Source: Chiloscyllium plagiosum (Eukaryota). From it: DNA of 64,000 bases. The stretch's first letter is position 1. The number at the start of each line of letters is the position of its first letter. The translations under genes were made by a program, and so were the position numbers. Below, in pieces: positions 1-13,239 of this stretch. The stretch is taken from positions 19,146,153 to 19,210,152 of the forward strand of contig NC_057739.1 of the NCBI RefSeq assembly GCF_004010195.1, read 5' to 3'. Under the pieces are notes generated by a model that made no database searches, was not told the DNA's origin, and saw only the letters and a list, made by a program, of their open reading frames with translations.

Positions 1-895
1 ACAAGATAGAATTTTGGCATTTAAATATGATCAAACAATTGTACATAAATATTTCACAAAAGACCTGGGCATATCTCAAGTTCGCTGTGACGTTTCAAAC
101 TTTCAGCATGAATCTCACTTCAGAAAACACTTTGCTTAAAAATGTGAAAATTGAGTCCATAGGCCTTAAATAAAAATTACTTTGCCCCAAAGCTTTCATA
201 TTAAAAGGAAGTTGATTCTTGCACTGAATACATGATATGTCAATTCATTAAACGCATGAATTCTTTGTTGAAAAAAAAACCTGTTCCAGGGCATTACCTC
301 ATGAGAACAGCTCATCTCATTTTATTTCAAGAAAAAGCAGTTTTTGGCAGTTTTCACTGCCAATGCATTAGCAAGACACAAGCCATAATGATTGAGATCA
401 TTAGAGATGGAGATCACCAAAGTTTTGGAAGAATTACAACACAGCTAAGTCCAGCATAAAACATTACGGAATGTTAACTGCAAATGATCTCTAACAGAAA
501 GTAAGCTTCAATGATCTTTAACCTCAGTTTATAAGTGTGGAAGTCTAGTCTTATCAATAAAATGGCCATGCTATCAGATCAAAATAATAAGCTGGGTAAG
601 CTTCCAACAAATGTGCCATTCTGAGGAAACTTGTCCAATTAAGCTTTTCGCCTTTTAGGCACAAAGGCACGGTTAAAAAGGTTTTACAAGTTATTATTTA
701 TCGAATTCACGAAGCATCTACATACAGTACCACAAGATAACTTGTAAATAGTGCAGCTATTTTTATTTATTTAAAAATCACTGACCAGTCACTTTTATTA
801 AATATGGGTTTTTTTGTGACGAATCGTTTAAAATCTTAAATTCTTAAATATATCAAGGAATATTATCTAGCAAAGAAAATGAAAAGCTTTTTTTT

Positions 896-1022
896 TTCTA
901 TTGCATTGTCCAATTCTGCTGATCCATGAAAGATTCTAACTCAGCAGACCCACCTTGGTACAATCAGCCCCATCAGATGCAATCTTTGCTTTGGAAGGCA
1001 GGGGGCAGAATCTAGTCAAGTT
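896..1022 (+). repeat. Direct duplication, copy 1 (~125 bp; copy 2 at 2232-2356)
   Basis: TTCTATTGCATTGTCCAATTCTGCTGATCCATGAA...CAGACCCACCTTGGTACAA...GGGGCAGAATCTAGTCAAGT occurs at both sites with scattered mismatches. Confidence 0.9.
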
Positions 1023-2231
1023 CACCAGCACCAGAAACAGAATTGCAGGAGAGAGAAAGATGGGAGTGCACTGAGGTGGCTGGTTAGAACTCTCGCCTCA
1101 ATTTCATGGAATATAAGCCCTCTAGCCCCTGTCTCACTCACAATTTCACACCCAATCACTCCTCAATCACCTCCATTCCCACCTATGCTTGCATTCAGGC
1201 TCATGTCCCTGCTTACTCTCCTTGTCATCTCCATGCCAACTCACATTCCACCCCACCTCTTTGTCAATTCATAAACCCTATGTCACCTCCATATCCACTT
1301 ACGCAGCATCCATTATGGATAGACCTCTCAGGAGTCATGTCAAGATAAAAATAAAGGACTTCGATTGAATAGATTCATACAGAAAAGCTCTTACTCATGA
1401 AACCCATTCAAAGATTTTAGATCGCAAGTCTGTTATTAGGACAAATGGACTTCTATTTAGAAACCATATCAAAGCTAATCTATTAATGGCATTTTTAGAT
1501 TGTCAATCAAAATGTGAACCAAGCCATACTGCTGACACAAATGGAACTGCACGTGGATGATGATAGTCTTGTCTAAGCTGCACCAGATGGTCCATTATAC
1601 AAATAATTTTAGCACTTTTTAATTTTTGTAGACAGCTGCATTATAATTTTTTTAACTTTAAAGGACTGGGAGATAAATAACTTCAGATAATTGGCAATAA
1701 ACTGACCTTATCCATACTTCAAGAGCACTTACATCTAGTCCATAAAATTGTGAGTACCACACAGTAATTTTATGCCTTGCAACAGTAAAAATAAGGTCTA
1801 TTTGAACTCAGTCCTAGTTTTAATTCAGGTGTCCAACTATGAGATACTTACCCTGGTTCCTCAGCCCTGCTAGCAAAAATAGGATCTTTTGAAATGTGGT
1901 CAGATCTTCTGCCTCTGGGATACATCGCCATTTTTAAAAGTCTCCAGTGTCAATCCAACTTCACAAATATCTGGCCTCATGTTTGTGAACATGCAAATGA
2001 GTTAGGAGTAAAATTGAGGCATATGTTCACTTCGATGAACCAATGGATTTTCCAAGCACAATTCACACTACATTGCTATTGTGGCCAAATTCACTGATTC
2101 TTTACACAACTTCCCTTTCAATCCCTTGTTCTCTAACTTGAGGGAAAAAATAACACTTTTTATTTACAAATCTTAACTGTGGTAGGATTAAGCTAAAAAT
2201 GCTCAAACTAAAATTATGATCTTAAATATTG

Positions 2232-2356
2232 TTCTATTGCATTGTCCAATTCTGCTGATCCATGAACAATCCTGACTCAACAGACCCACCTTGGTACAAA
2301 CAGCCCCATCACATGCAATCTTTGCTTTGATAGGCAGGGGCAGAATCTAGTCAAGT
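2232..2356 (+). repeat. Direct duplication, copy 2
   Basis: Colinear match to 896-1022. Confidence 0.9.
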
Positions 2357-2518
2357 GCATCAAATGGTGACTAAAAGCCATTTGGACAGTAACACTGACT
2401 TCATTTATTTGAGTCCTATGTCTCAAAACAACTGAATACAAGTCAAAAGAAGTCTTCTGAGTTATAGTACATACTGAGGTCAAGTGCACTTCAAGTATTC
2501 CCCATCAGTTCTGTCTTC

Positions 2519-2838
2519 TTTCATTCATTCATGGGATGAGGGTGTCACTGACTAGGCCAGCATTTATTGCTCAGAGAGCAGTTAAGAGTCAACCACATTG
2601 CTGGGGGTCTGGAGTCACATGTAGGCCAGACCACATGTTTCCTTCCAAAGGACGTTAGTGAACCAGATGGGTTTTTCCCCAATAATCAACAATATACTCG
2701 TGGTCATCATTAGTCTCTTTCCCATTGAATTCAAATTCCACCATCTGCCGTGGTGGGTTTCAAACACAGGTCCCCAGAAAATTATCTAAGTCTCTGGATT
2801 AACAGTCTCATGAAATTATTACTAGGCCATCACCTCCC
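2519..2838 (-). mobile_element. tRNA-derived SINE, family B (3' tail shared with the L2/CR1-group LINE at 53785)
   Basis: Minus strand has a tRNA-like head GGGAGGTGATGGCCTAGT, a core CCCATCTGGTTCACTAA...ACATGTGACTCCAGACC and a tail AATAAATGCTGGCCTAGTCAGTGACACCCTCATCCCATGAATGAAT; homologous to 17877-18226 and 48597-48930. Confidence 0.8.
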
Positions 2839-3027
2839 TATTGATTCTTGACAATAAAGGAAGATATTTCAGGTCCTAAAGGCAATGCAGATAAATAATG
2901 GATCTGATGTCTAATGCTGGTATCCGATATCATGAGGGTTTTCAATGTTCATTAAAGCATTTGAGAAGATGCAATCATCATAGAAAAGATAAATATAGAA
3001 AAGTACTTCAAACTAATTTGTCCGACT

Positions 3028-4159
3028 AATTTTTGTCCAATGTGTACAGGAAGGTTTCCTGACACAGTATGTCGAAGAGCCGACAAGAGGGGAGGCCACA
3101 TTGGATCTGGTNNNNNNNNNNNNNNNNNNNNNNNNNNNNNNNNNNNNNNNNNNNNNNNNNNNNNNNNNNNNNNNNNNNNNNNNNNNNNNNNNNNNNNNNN
3201 NNNNNNNNNNNNNNNNNNNNNNNNNNNNNNNNNNNNNNNNNNNNNNNNNNNNNNNNNNNNNNNNNNNNNNNNNNNNNNNNNNNNNNNNNNNNNNNNNNNN
3301 NNNNNNNNNNNNNNNNNNNNNNNNNNNNNNNNNNNNNNNNNNNNNNNNNNNNNNNNNNNNNNNNNNNNNNNNNNNNNNNNNNNNNNNNNNNNNNNNNNNN
3401 NNNNNNNNNNNNNNNNNNNNNNNNNNNNNNNNNNNNNNNNNNNNNNNNNNNNNNNNNNNNNNNNNNNNNNNNNNNNNNNNNNNNNNNNNNNNNNNNNNNN
3501 NNNNNNNNNNNNNNNNNNNNNNNNNNNNNNNNNNNNNNNNNNNNNNNNNNNNNNNNNNNNNNNNNNNNNNNNNNNNNNNNNNNNNNNNNNNNNNNNNNNN
3601 NNNNNNNNNNNAACCCTGATGCGGCCACACTTGGAATGTTGTGTGCAGTTCTGGTCCCCATATTTCGGGAAGGATGTGAAAGCATTGGAAAAGGTGCAAA
3701 GGAGATTTACCAGAATGTTGCCTGGTGTGGAGGGAAGGTCTTCTGAGGAAAGGCTGAGAGACTTGGGTCTGTTCTTATTGGAAAGAAGATGGCTAAGAGG
3801 GGATTTGATAGAGACATACAAGATGATCAGAGGATTAGATAGGGTAGACAGTGAAAGTCTCTTTCCTAGGATGATGCTGTCAGCTTGTACTAGGGGGCAT
3901 AACTACAAATTGAGGGGTGATAGATTTAAGACAGATGTCAGAGGCAGGTTCTTTATGCAGAGAGTGGTAAGGGTGTGGAATGCCTTTCCTGCTAATGTAG
4001 TCAACTCAGCCACACTAGGGAGATTTAAACAATCCTTAGATAAGCACATGGATGATGATGGGATAGTGTAGGGGGATAGCTGAGAATAGTTCACAGGTCG
4101 GCGCAACATTGAGGGCCGAAGGACCTGTTCTGTGCTGTATTTCTATGTTCTATGTTCTA
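3028..4159 (+). mobile_element. CR1 LINE fragment spanning an assembly gap
   Basis: Before the gap: endonuclease-region peptide FLTQYVEEPTRGEATLDLV. After the gap: ORF2 C-terminus RPHLECCVQFWSP...TRGHNYKLRG...VWNAFP, then 3'UTR GGGCCGAAGGACCTGTTCTGTGCTGT and a (CTATGTT)n tail. Confidence 0.9.
3112..3611. other. Assembly gap (500 N)
   Basis: Run of N. Confidence 1.
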
Positions 4160-4429
4160 ATTTGTGGGAGAACAAGACAGCGCTTATTCCAACTCGTAAA
4201 GGACAAATTTAGGGTGGATGTCAGGATATTGTTTTTACACAAAGTGAGCAAAACATTCAACTGACTCGTAGATAAAGCATGAACAGTACAAGTTCAACAT
4301 TAAGTTAAATGTCCCAATAACTTGGAGATCATGTGGATGAATATCATCATTCTCTTGTAATGTTATGAATCATATTTTATTGCATTTACATGCTTGTCAC
4401 TGACAAGGCCTGCTTTTGTGACTGACCTC

Positions 4430-4705
4430 ACTGAGGTGAGTGATGTTTTAGGCTATTTCAGAGGAAGGTTAAGAATCAAATATATTGACATGGAGCTGGT
4501 GTCATACATTTTCACACTGGTGAAGCAGTTGTGCTTTTACAGAAGCCAATGGCTCGTGGTCATCATTACTTCAAACAACTTTCAATTTCAGAATTGAATT
4601 CAAATTCCACCAACTGCCATTGTGGGATTTGAATCCAAGTACAAAGGGTAGTAATCTGGACTCTGGATTACTCACCCAGTCTCTACCACTACACCACTGA
4701 CTCTC
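4430..4705 (-). mobile_element. Degenerate family-B SINE
   Basis: GTGGTCATCATTA...TTGAATTCAAATTCCACCA...GGGATTTGAATCC...CTCTGGATTA matches 2701-2838. Confidence 0.6.
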
Positions 4706-4745
4706 TTTAGAAGTATATAGGTTTAAGATGAAAAATCAATTGAAT

Positions 4746-4908
4746 TTTTTTCATATGCATTCATGGGTGTTGCTAGCTGGGCCAGCATTAATTTCATTCC
4801 TGGTTGCCCATTAGGAGCTAGTGTTGAGCTGCCTTCTTGAGCCAGCCCGTATGTTGTAGGTAGAACCATAATGCTGCTAGGGAGGAAATTCCAGGATTTT
4901 AACACAGT
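4746..4908 (-). mobile_element. 3' end of L2/CR1-group LINE (family B)
   Basis: Reverse-complement similarity to 54010-54187. Confidence 0.65.
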
Positions 4909-6980
4909 GAATTCACTTTGAATGTTTTAGCCATGTTTAGCAATTCACCACATTTGATGCCGTCTACTCTATAAACTGATGTATAAACTACTCTCTAAGC
5001 ATAAAACATTGTGCCTTAATCTCATCACACTGCAGATTTCAGTTAATTAGACAGGTGTTCACAAGTGCAGGCTCAATTCCCATGTTACGGAATCACCCTG
5101 TATGGCCTGCAGTAAGAAGAACAGACACAGGTTATCCAGCCTTGTGCTACACCAATATATTTATGCTGATTACTAGACGATCAGCAATGGCTCTGCTTCT
5201 TTCTCTGAGCCAAGATAATAACAATCATTTATTATATTTGATCCAAATCAGAATGCCACATATTTGCTGTGCCATTAGGCTGCCCTTTACAGCTTAAATA
5301 TAATTACACTGAACAAATTTCTACTGCCATTGGAAAATCTAAATCAATTTAGAAAACAAGTTAAAATTATCAGTTGGTATCTGAAATTATTAATTGAGAT
5401 ACATTAAGGTTTCCTTACATGAACATTCAAGTATGTAGCAACATCCCCAATGCCTGCATAAAAGATTCAAAAAAGTACTGCTTCAATATCCTATTCACCC
5501 ATCCTCTGTGTATATGTCTGTTTGCCTGTAGAATTTGAGCAAGGATAAGGTAGTCTCTGAGGTGATGCCTATGCAGGTGACTAGTATAGTGACTGTATCA
5601 CTATGTGTAACAACATTCAATGTGGATTCAAAACAAATATTTATTATTTTATTATAAATAGCAATCAAATATATGTTTCTCAGTCTCAGCACCTTCTCTT
5701 GTTGTGCCTAAATGCTTTCCCTGATTATAGCCATCATGTTAATAGGCTGATAGCTCTGAATGTGTGCCTGACATTTCTTTGTCTAGACTGCAATAACATT
5801 AGCTATTTTCCAATCCTCTGGCAGCATGGGGGTCAATGACTTGTGAAACATTTCTGTCATAGCTCTCTTGATTTAACCTCTTTGCTTTCAGTATTCTTGG
5901 ATACATTCTGATGAAAATACTGATTATTTAAACTATAAGTGTTTTAAGTGATCATCACATTTCCAATCTCCAGTTTCAACAGTAGTGCAAAAATATTGAC
6001 CCAGAAGTTTGGTGTAGACTCAAATTAACAAAAAGCCCCATATAAAGCCAATTATATCTTTCATAACAATATAACAGGGGTGCACATGCATAGACGTCCA
6101 ATACCATGGGTATGCTGTGAAATTGTTTGTCTCATTGACGAGTGCCTTGACACTAAAAAGGTTGAGAACGAGTGCCCTGGTATATCTAAGAATACATATC
6201 TTGATGTGGGATTCAGAACTATATTGAAAATGGAACTATATACTTAACTGTGAAGACTAGGAATGTCTAACTCTATTTTATTTTATCTTATTTTTCTTTT
6301 CCTTTCCTAGCTTTCACTTTCCCTTTTCCAAAATTATAGCTTCTTTAGGTACAGTTCCCTCTCACAATACTCTGTTAACATTGTCATTTTTTTCTTTGGA
6401 GTGCCATGTGCGATATGTATCAATATGAGAAGGAACACAAGCATCTGGCAATGATAGATATGGCCTCAATTTTATAAGCCTTATTCTAATCTTTGTTTCC
6501 ACTTCCTGTAAAATTGTACCCCACCATCAGTTGCCATTTTCTGGTCGGGGTGTGCTTATTTGGGACAGAGCTATAAAAGGTTTGATGATTATCCCAAACT
6601 ATTGTGCAAAGTACAGTACAGATTGTTGAAAATAAAACAGACAAGAAACAATCTTCTTCTTAGAGAGGAATTAATAGAACAGCTTACAACAACAATGATT
6701 ATTAAACCATTCCTAACTAATTGTCTCTTTTTGAGAAACGCAGTTAGTCATCAGGTTTCATCATCAGTTCTCAAACCCAAACTCAAATCCAGCCACAGAT
6801 AGTGCAATAAAGTTCTTATGTCCCAACAGCGTATAAAGGATTTAATGCTTGAAATGTTTTTGGTTAGTCTCGGGTCTGAAAGATCTGCAGCAGATCCACT
6901 GGTCAACAAGAATTGGCAATCTTACTTGTCTAGACTACAAGTGTACAAACTGGAAAATTTCATACTTGTGTAATTTTGTT

Positions 6981-7757
6981 TAGAGTCATAGAGATGTACA
7001 GCATGGAAACAGACCCTTAGGTTCAACCCGTCCATGCCGACTAGATATCCCAACCCAATCTAGTCCCACCTGCCAGCACCCGGCCCATTTCCCCCCAAAT
7101 CCTTCCTATTCATATACCCATCCAAATGCCTTTTAAATGTTGCAATTGTACCAGCCTCCACCACTTCCTCTGGCAGCTCATTCCACTTTTGCACCACCCT
7201 CTGTGTGAAAAAGTTGCCCCTTAGGTGTCTTTTATATCTTTCCCCTCTCACTCTAAACCTATGCCCTCTAGTTCTTGACTCACCCACCTCACAGAAAAGA
7301 CTATCTATTTATCCTATCCATGCCCCTCATGATTTTGTAAAGCTGCATAAGGTCACCCCTCAATCTCCAACACTCCAGGGAAAACAGCCCCAGCCTGTTC
7401 AGCCTCTCCCTATAGCTCAAATCCTCCAACCCTGGCAACATCTTTGTAAATCTTTTCTTAACCCTTTCCAGTTTCACAACATCTTTCCGATAGGAAGAGA
7501 CCAGAGTTGCACGCAATATTCCAACAGTGGCCTAACCAATGTCCTGTACAGCTGTAACATGACCACCCAACTCCTGTACTCAATGCTCTGACCAATAAAA
7601 GAAAACATACCAAATGCCTTCTTTGCTATCCTATCTACCTGTGACTCCATTTTCAAGGAGCTATGAACCTGCACTCCAAGGTCTCTTTGTTCAGCAACAC
7701 TTCCTAGAATCTTACCATTACATGTATAAGCCCTGCTAAGATTTATTTTCCAAAATG
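6981..7757 (-). mobile_element. 5'-truncated CR1 (HER1-like) LINE
   Basis: ORF pieces RDLGVQVHSSLK, LYRTLVRPLLEYCVQLWS, TRGHRFRVRG...WNELP; tail CTCTATGACTCTA. Confidence 0.95.
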
Positions 7758-8116
7758 TTGTGGGATCACCTTTACAGATTGGGATCAAGGCACATCACTA
7801 GGGAAGCAAGTAGGATATTCTTGTGATGTGGATTAATTTAGTACTGACACAGGATGGCAAAAATGAAATAAATAATGAGCAAGCATGAATTAGTATTGCA
7901 CCTCACATTACCCCAGGATGCCTCACAGCTAATGAGCTAAAAACTGTTGCATTCACAAGGACCAGTAGTTGTCACTGAGTAGAAAAATTCATGATCCAGC
8001 TGAAAAAATGGACTAGAATTTATTGGACCCAGAGCAAATTTAAAAGAAAATTTAACTGGCAGACATAGATTTATCACATTTTCATCACTCTGATATAACC
8101 AGGCATGTTTGTTGTG

Positions 8117-9918
8117 ATATAGAATATAGAACATAGAACAGTACAACACAGGTAATTTATAAAAACTACAAAGAGCAAGGCCTAAGAACAGAACCCTTTG
8201 GGACACCACTGGTCACCGACCTCCAGGCAGAATACTTTCCATCCACTACCACTTGTCTTCTTTCAGCCAGCTAATTCTGTATCCAGACAGCTAAATTTCC
8301 CTGTGTCCCATACCTCCTAACTTTCTGAATGAGCCTACCATGGGGAACTTTATCAAATGTCTTACTGAAATCCATATCCACCACATGCACCGCTTGACCT
8401 TTGTCAACTTGTCTCATCACATCCTCGAAGAACTCAGTAAGGCTTGTGAAGCATGACCTCCCCTCAGAAAGCCATGCTGACTATCTTTAATCAAACTCTG
8501 TTTTTCCAAGTAGTCATAAATCCTATCTCTCAGAATTCTTTCTAGTAGCTTGCTTACCACAGACAGAAGACTGACTGGTCTGTAATTCCCAGGGATTTCC
8601 CTTTTCCCTTTCTTGAACAGAGGAACAACTTTCGCCTTCCTCCAATCATCCGGTACTCCTCCCATGGAAAGTGAGGATGCAAGGATCATCGTCAGAGGCA
8701 CAGCAATCTCATTCGTCGCTTCCTATAGTAACTTTGGATATATTAGGTGATATATTCCTGGGGCCTTAACTATCTGGATGCTTCCCAGAATTTCCAGCTT
8801 ATCTACTTTCTTAATATCAATCTGTTCAAACCTATTAACCTGGACCATAGTGTTCTCATTATCAACAAGGTGCCTCTCTCTATTGAATACTGAAGCTAAA
8901 ACCTCATTTAGGGCCTCCCCTTCCTCTTCAGACTCCAGGCACAAGTTCCCTCTATTTTCCCTGATCATCCTACTCTCTCTTTGATCATTTTCTTATTCTT
9001 CATGTGTAGAACACCTTTGGTTTTTCCCTAATCCTTCCTGCCAAGGCTTTTTCATGCCCCCTCCTAGCTCTCCTCGGTCCATTCTCGAGTTCTTTCCTAG
9101 CTATCCTGTAACCCTCTAAAGCTGTGTCAGATCCTTGCTTTCTCAACCTTAAGTTTCCTTCTTCCTTTTGATGAGAAGCTCCTCTGCTCTTGTCGTCCAA
9201 GTCTCCTTCATCTTACCATTCCTTGCCTGTCTCAGTGAGACAAAGTTATCCAACACTTGCAACAAGAGTTCCTTAAATAGCCTCCACATTTCTGTTGTGC
9301 CTTTCCCATAGAACAATTCTTCCCAATTTATACTCCGCAGTTCCTGTCTAATAGCAGTATGATTTCCCCTCAATACCTTCCTATACTGTCTGATCCTATC
9401 CCTTCCCATGGCTATGGTAAAGATGAGGTCACTGTGGTCACTGTCATCGAAATGCTCTCCCTCCGAGAGTTCTGAAACCTGGTCTGACTCGTTGCTTAAT
9501 ACCAAATCCAATATGGCCTCCCCTAGTCGGCCTATCTACATGTTGAGTCAGGAATCCTACCTGGACACAGCTGACAAAATCAGCTCCATACAGACCATCT
9601 GCACGAAGGAGGTTCCAATCAATATTGGGGAAGTTGAAATCACCCATAACAACAACCCTGTTATATCTGCACCTTTCCAAGATCTGCTGTTCAATCTGTT
9701 CTTCCATCTCTCTGCTGCTATTAGGGGGTCTATAGAAAACATCTAATAAAGTGACTGCTCCTTTCCTGTTTCTGACTTCCACTCAAACTAACTCAGTAGA
9801 CAAACCCTCCTCAACAGGAGCTGTGCAGCTGTGTTGCACTCTCTAATTAACAATGCTACTCCCCCTCCTCTTTTAACTCCCCTCCCTGTTACTTTTAAAA
9901 GATCTAACCCTCGAACAT
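8117..9918 (-). mobile_element. CR1 LINE, internally deleted (tail joined to APE and N-terminal RT region)
   Basis: (TATGTTC)n tail at 8117-8152; peptides VVVMGDFNFPNIDW, VFYRPPN, SDHS, VPDDWRKAKVVPLFKKG...PGNYRPVSL. Confidence 0.9.
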
Positions 9919-12900
9919 TCTGTTATTTTGGTATGTAATAATTTTCAGAACTAAAATGGAAGTTGGTGATAAATGCTGGATCAGCACCAACATCCAGATG
10001 TCCATAACAGGCTGATTTCCAAAAATTGCAGAGGATTTGTCTCAAAAATATAAAAACACTTTCAGTTCAAATATAGATGTAGAGAGGTTCTTCTTGAGAT
10101 ATATTGTATAAAATAAGATATACTTAACTGAAAGCTATGAGTGGAACAGGGCAGGTAAGGTATCTGATAGGAGCATTGTGACAGTTCAGCAATCCTGTAT
10201 GAATCAGATTACACTTTCTATAGCAGCTCACAGCTCACTGTCAGAAGACTGGCAGTCTTATAGCTAAGATTGACAATGTATTCTCACTAACTTAAACACA
10301 TTATTTTTAAAAATGAATGTCTCATCAAAATTCAGAATAAGTAAGATTTGATATTTGCTAATAAATAGCATTGCAACAGAATATTAAGACTTTGACATAT
10401 TGCATCCCATTGAACAAAAACAAAATGAGACAATAATCGTCAAAAAATTTACCATGACTGTTGTGAAATTGAAAAAAAAACAAGGGTACTACTACCTCTA
10501 CTATGTCTGATTTAGATGATTCTAGTTCTGCACTACATAAAATCAACTTAAAATGCTCTCAGGCCAACAATGCATGGACAATATATATAGCCTCGTCAGT
10601 AATTCAACCGCATCCCAGGGTCAAGTAATTTTCTTTTTAAATTACATCTTACAAAGCTCCCTTCTGAAAGCACCTCAGAACAGTTTTCCACACAAAACAA
10701 CACATTTTCATGAACCACATTTGGACCAGAAGTTATATAAAAATATCAGCAAAATTCTTTGTTATTATTTCAGCATGCTACACTGTGTTAGGCAGCCCTT
10801 CATTGACAGGTGTACAGTCTTTCTATGTCAGATATTTTTGATGATTTCTCACAAGCAGGTCTCCCTGCAGTCTTAGTATTTATTCAGCGTGCCCGTCATT
10901 TATTGCCTCATCAACTTGGCAGCTTAACTTATAATTATTTCTGGTTGAGTATGAGGTGGCATAGCAACAGGGTGCATCTGAGGATGAAGACAGATGTTTC
11001 ATAAAACTGACCCTGTTAGTTGCTAGGAGCACGTAAGCTCTTCAATAGATTGTACCAGTATAACAACAACTGAATGAATGCACTAGCAACCAGAATGCTA
11101 TGCTTCATTATCTTCAGTTTGTGGACACAGCATGAGATTATGTTTCTGTTTGATAAAGGATGGGTAGGAGCCTTGCTACTCGTAGTCAGTGGGGAGTTCT
11201 TGGTTGAATTACACAAGTTAAGTTTCAGCTACTCTGAGGGATGAGAAGTTGGCAATTCATGGCCATATCTTATTAGTATAGCATATTTTATGACAACTGT
11301 CCATGCATACGATTTGGTTTGTCTTGTCCTTTAAGCCAATAATGCTACCTTCACATTGAGATGATCTCAGGCTTTGGATGTTGATGAATACCCCACTGTT
11401 GAGGCTGCTTGCTCCTTATCTGTGAGAAAGGTTCTTCCTCCACCTATGTGCTGGAACATTCCTTTGTTTACATCAGTACACTATAGATTATCAAATACAT
11501 TTATCTCGTGTGGTTTCATAGACTACTCCCTTCCCATGCTCATTCTCAACTGTTGTCTTCTCTTTCACTGTTGTCAGAAGCATGTGACTCATGATTTATA
11601 CAAATCAGCAAGGGATCATCCAGCCCATTGTATCATCGCTAGTGGAATAAATTCTGAAGTTTCTCTTCACTTCATCTGCATTATTCCAGTAATTTACCCC
11701 AAGCCTTTGTAATCGTTAACATTGTTGCTGTAATTACAGTTATTGGCATTTTCACCATCTTCCCCTGCCACAATCCCAATCTGCAGCTGGAACTGAGTGC
11801 CGGTGCTGATCTGGTTCATTAAAGTTCGATGCTAGGGCAATGCCTTTGTATGGTCCCTGAGATAGTTTTACCACTTGGTATACTGTCTGCTGTACTGTAG
11901 GTATGATTGTTCCACTTCCTGTAATAGGTAGCAGAATTGTCATGGAGAAAGCTACAATTAATGATGACTGACCAGTGACCTCTAACAATCAGAATCTGTT
12001 TGCCAGTCAGTCAGCACCTCATTTCATACCCCTTAAATTAGTAATCTTGCAAATTGTCCGATGATCACAAGACAAAAAGCTTCAAAGAAACAAAGGTGCT
12101 TTTTCCATCATACTGAAGTTCTGTACGAAAAGACAGTAAGATTGACAATGAATGTACCCTCAGGTAATCTGACAATATAAGATCTTGGTTGATCTGTCTC
12201 TCTGATGACCATGCCTTTTGGCTTCTCTTAAACAGATTTCTGCCTGAGCTTTAAGGTTGACAGAGTCTTCGCTCTGTTGCTCGAGTTGTATCACCTCAGT
12301 GGCCTTTTGCTGTGGCTTCCTCCAGTCACTTTATCTTCTTGTGCACTTGAGAGGTTATGTTTAGCTTGAGGTTGTGTTCTGACCCTGATATATGAGTTTA
12401 TAACCTCATCCCCATCAACAATTCTACTGGAATTTCACTCATTATTCAATGGTGCTGCTCTGCAACTGAGCAGAACTAATTCACAATCTGGATTCTGATG
12501 CATTACTGACATCAGAGTCGTAACTGCTTTTTTCTGCCTTTCCATTTGATTTGAGGGTGAAATGAAGTATTTATCACCTGACTGATGCCAGCTTCTAAAT
12601 TGAACTTCATGAAATCCTCATTGAAGAACTGAGTCCACTGTCTGATATTAATTTGCAAAACCACATACTGTAAATTTTTTTTTGGTGCTCAAACCATTGA
12701 GTCTGCTGTTGTTAAATGAAGTTTTGCCACTTTAATACAACATCATTACAATACTTAACAAGGACTAAGTCCATCTTTCCATTAAAACTAAACTAATTCT
12801 TTGCTAGCCTTTCTAAAACTCTTGATTGAATCCTAGGCTCTGTAGGCACTTAGCTATATGTGGCACACAATTGGCATGAAGAAGAGTAATCCTGTATGAA

Positions 12901-13239
12901 TTCCTGTTGAGAATGAGGCATGCTTGTTTGGAAGCTCCTGTAGGGATCCCTCAGGCACTCAAGAGGGGCCAAATAAGGAAATTCCCTTGTCCTTACCTCA
13001 AACATCACTCACCTGGGATCCAGCACCAATCCTCAACATCCATGTGTGTTGGACTGCCACAAGCCACTGCCTCGCCAATGCCACAGTGCACAGTAGAGCT
13101 GCCAGCCTCTATTTGGGCAAGCAGGACTTCACCATCCCCCTGGGGTGCCCAACTGGCACATAGAGTAGCAAGCCTTCCCTAAAACAGACTGTACAGGATT
13201 TTCTGTCTGTCCCATTTTAATTTAATCAAGGATAGATTA

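Noticed and set aside
2952-4071. Long ORFs of 170-343 aa in the ORF track
   Set aside because: Artefacts of reading through 500 N; the real part is CR1.
6075-6180. hAT MITE end (AAAAAGGTTGAGAAC)
   Set aside because: No matching left TIR or 8-bp TSD found.
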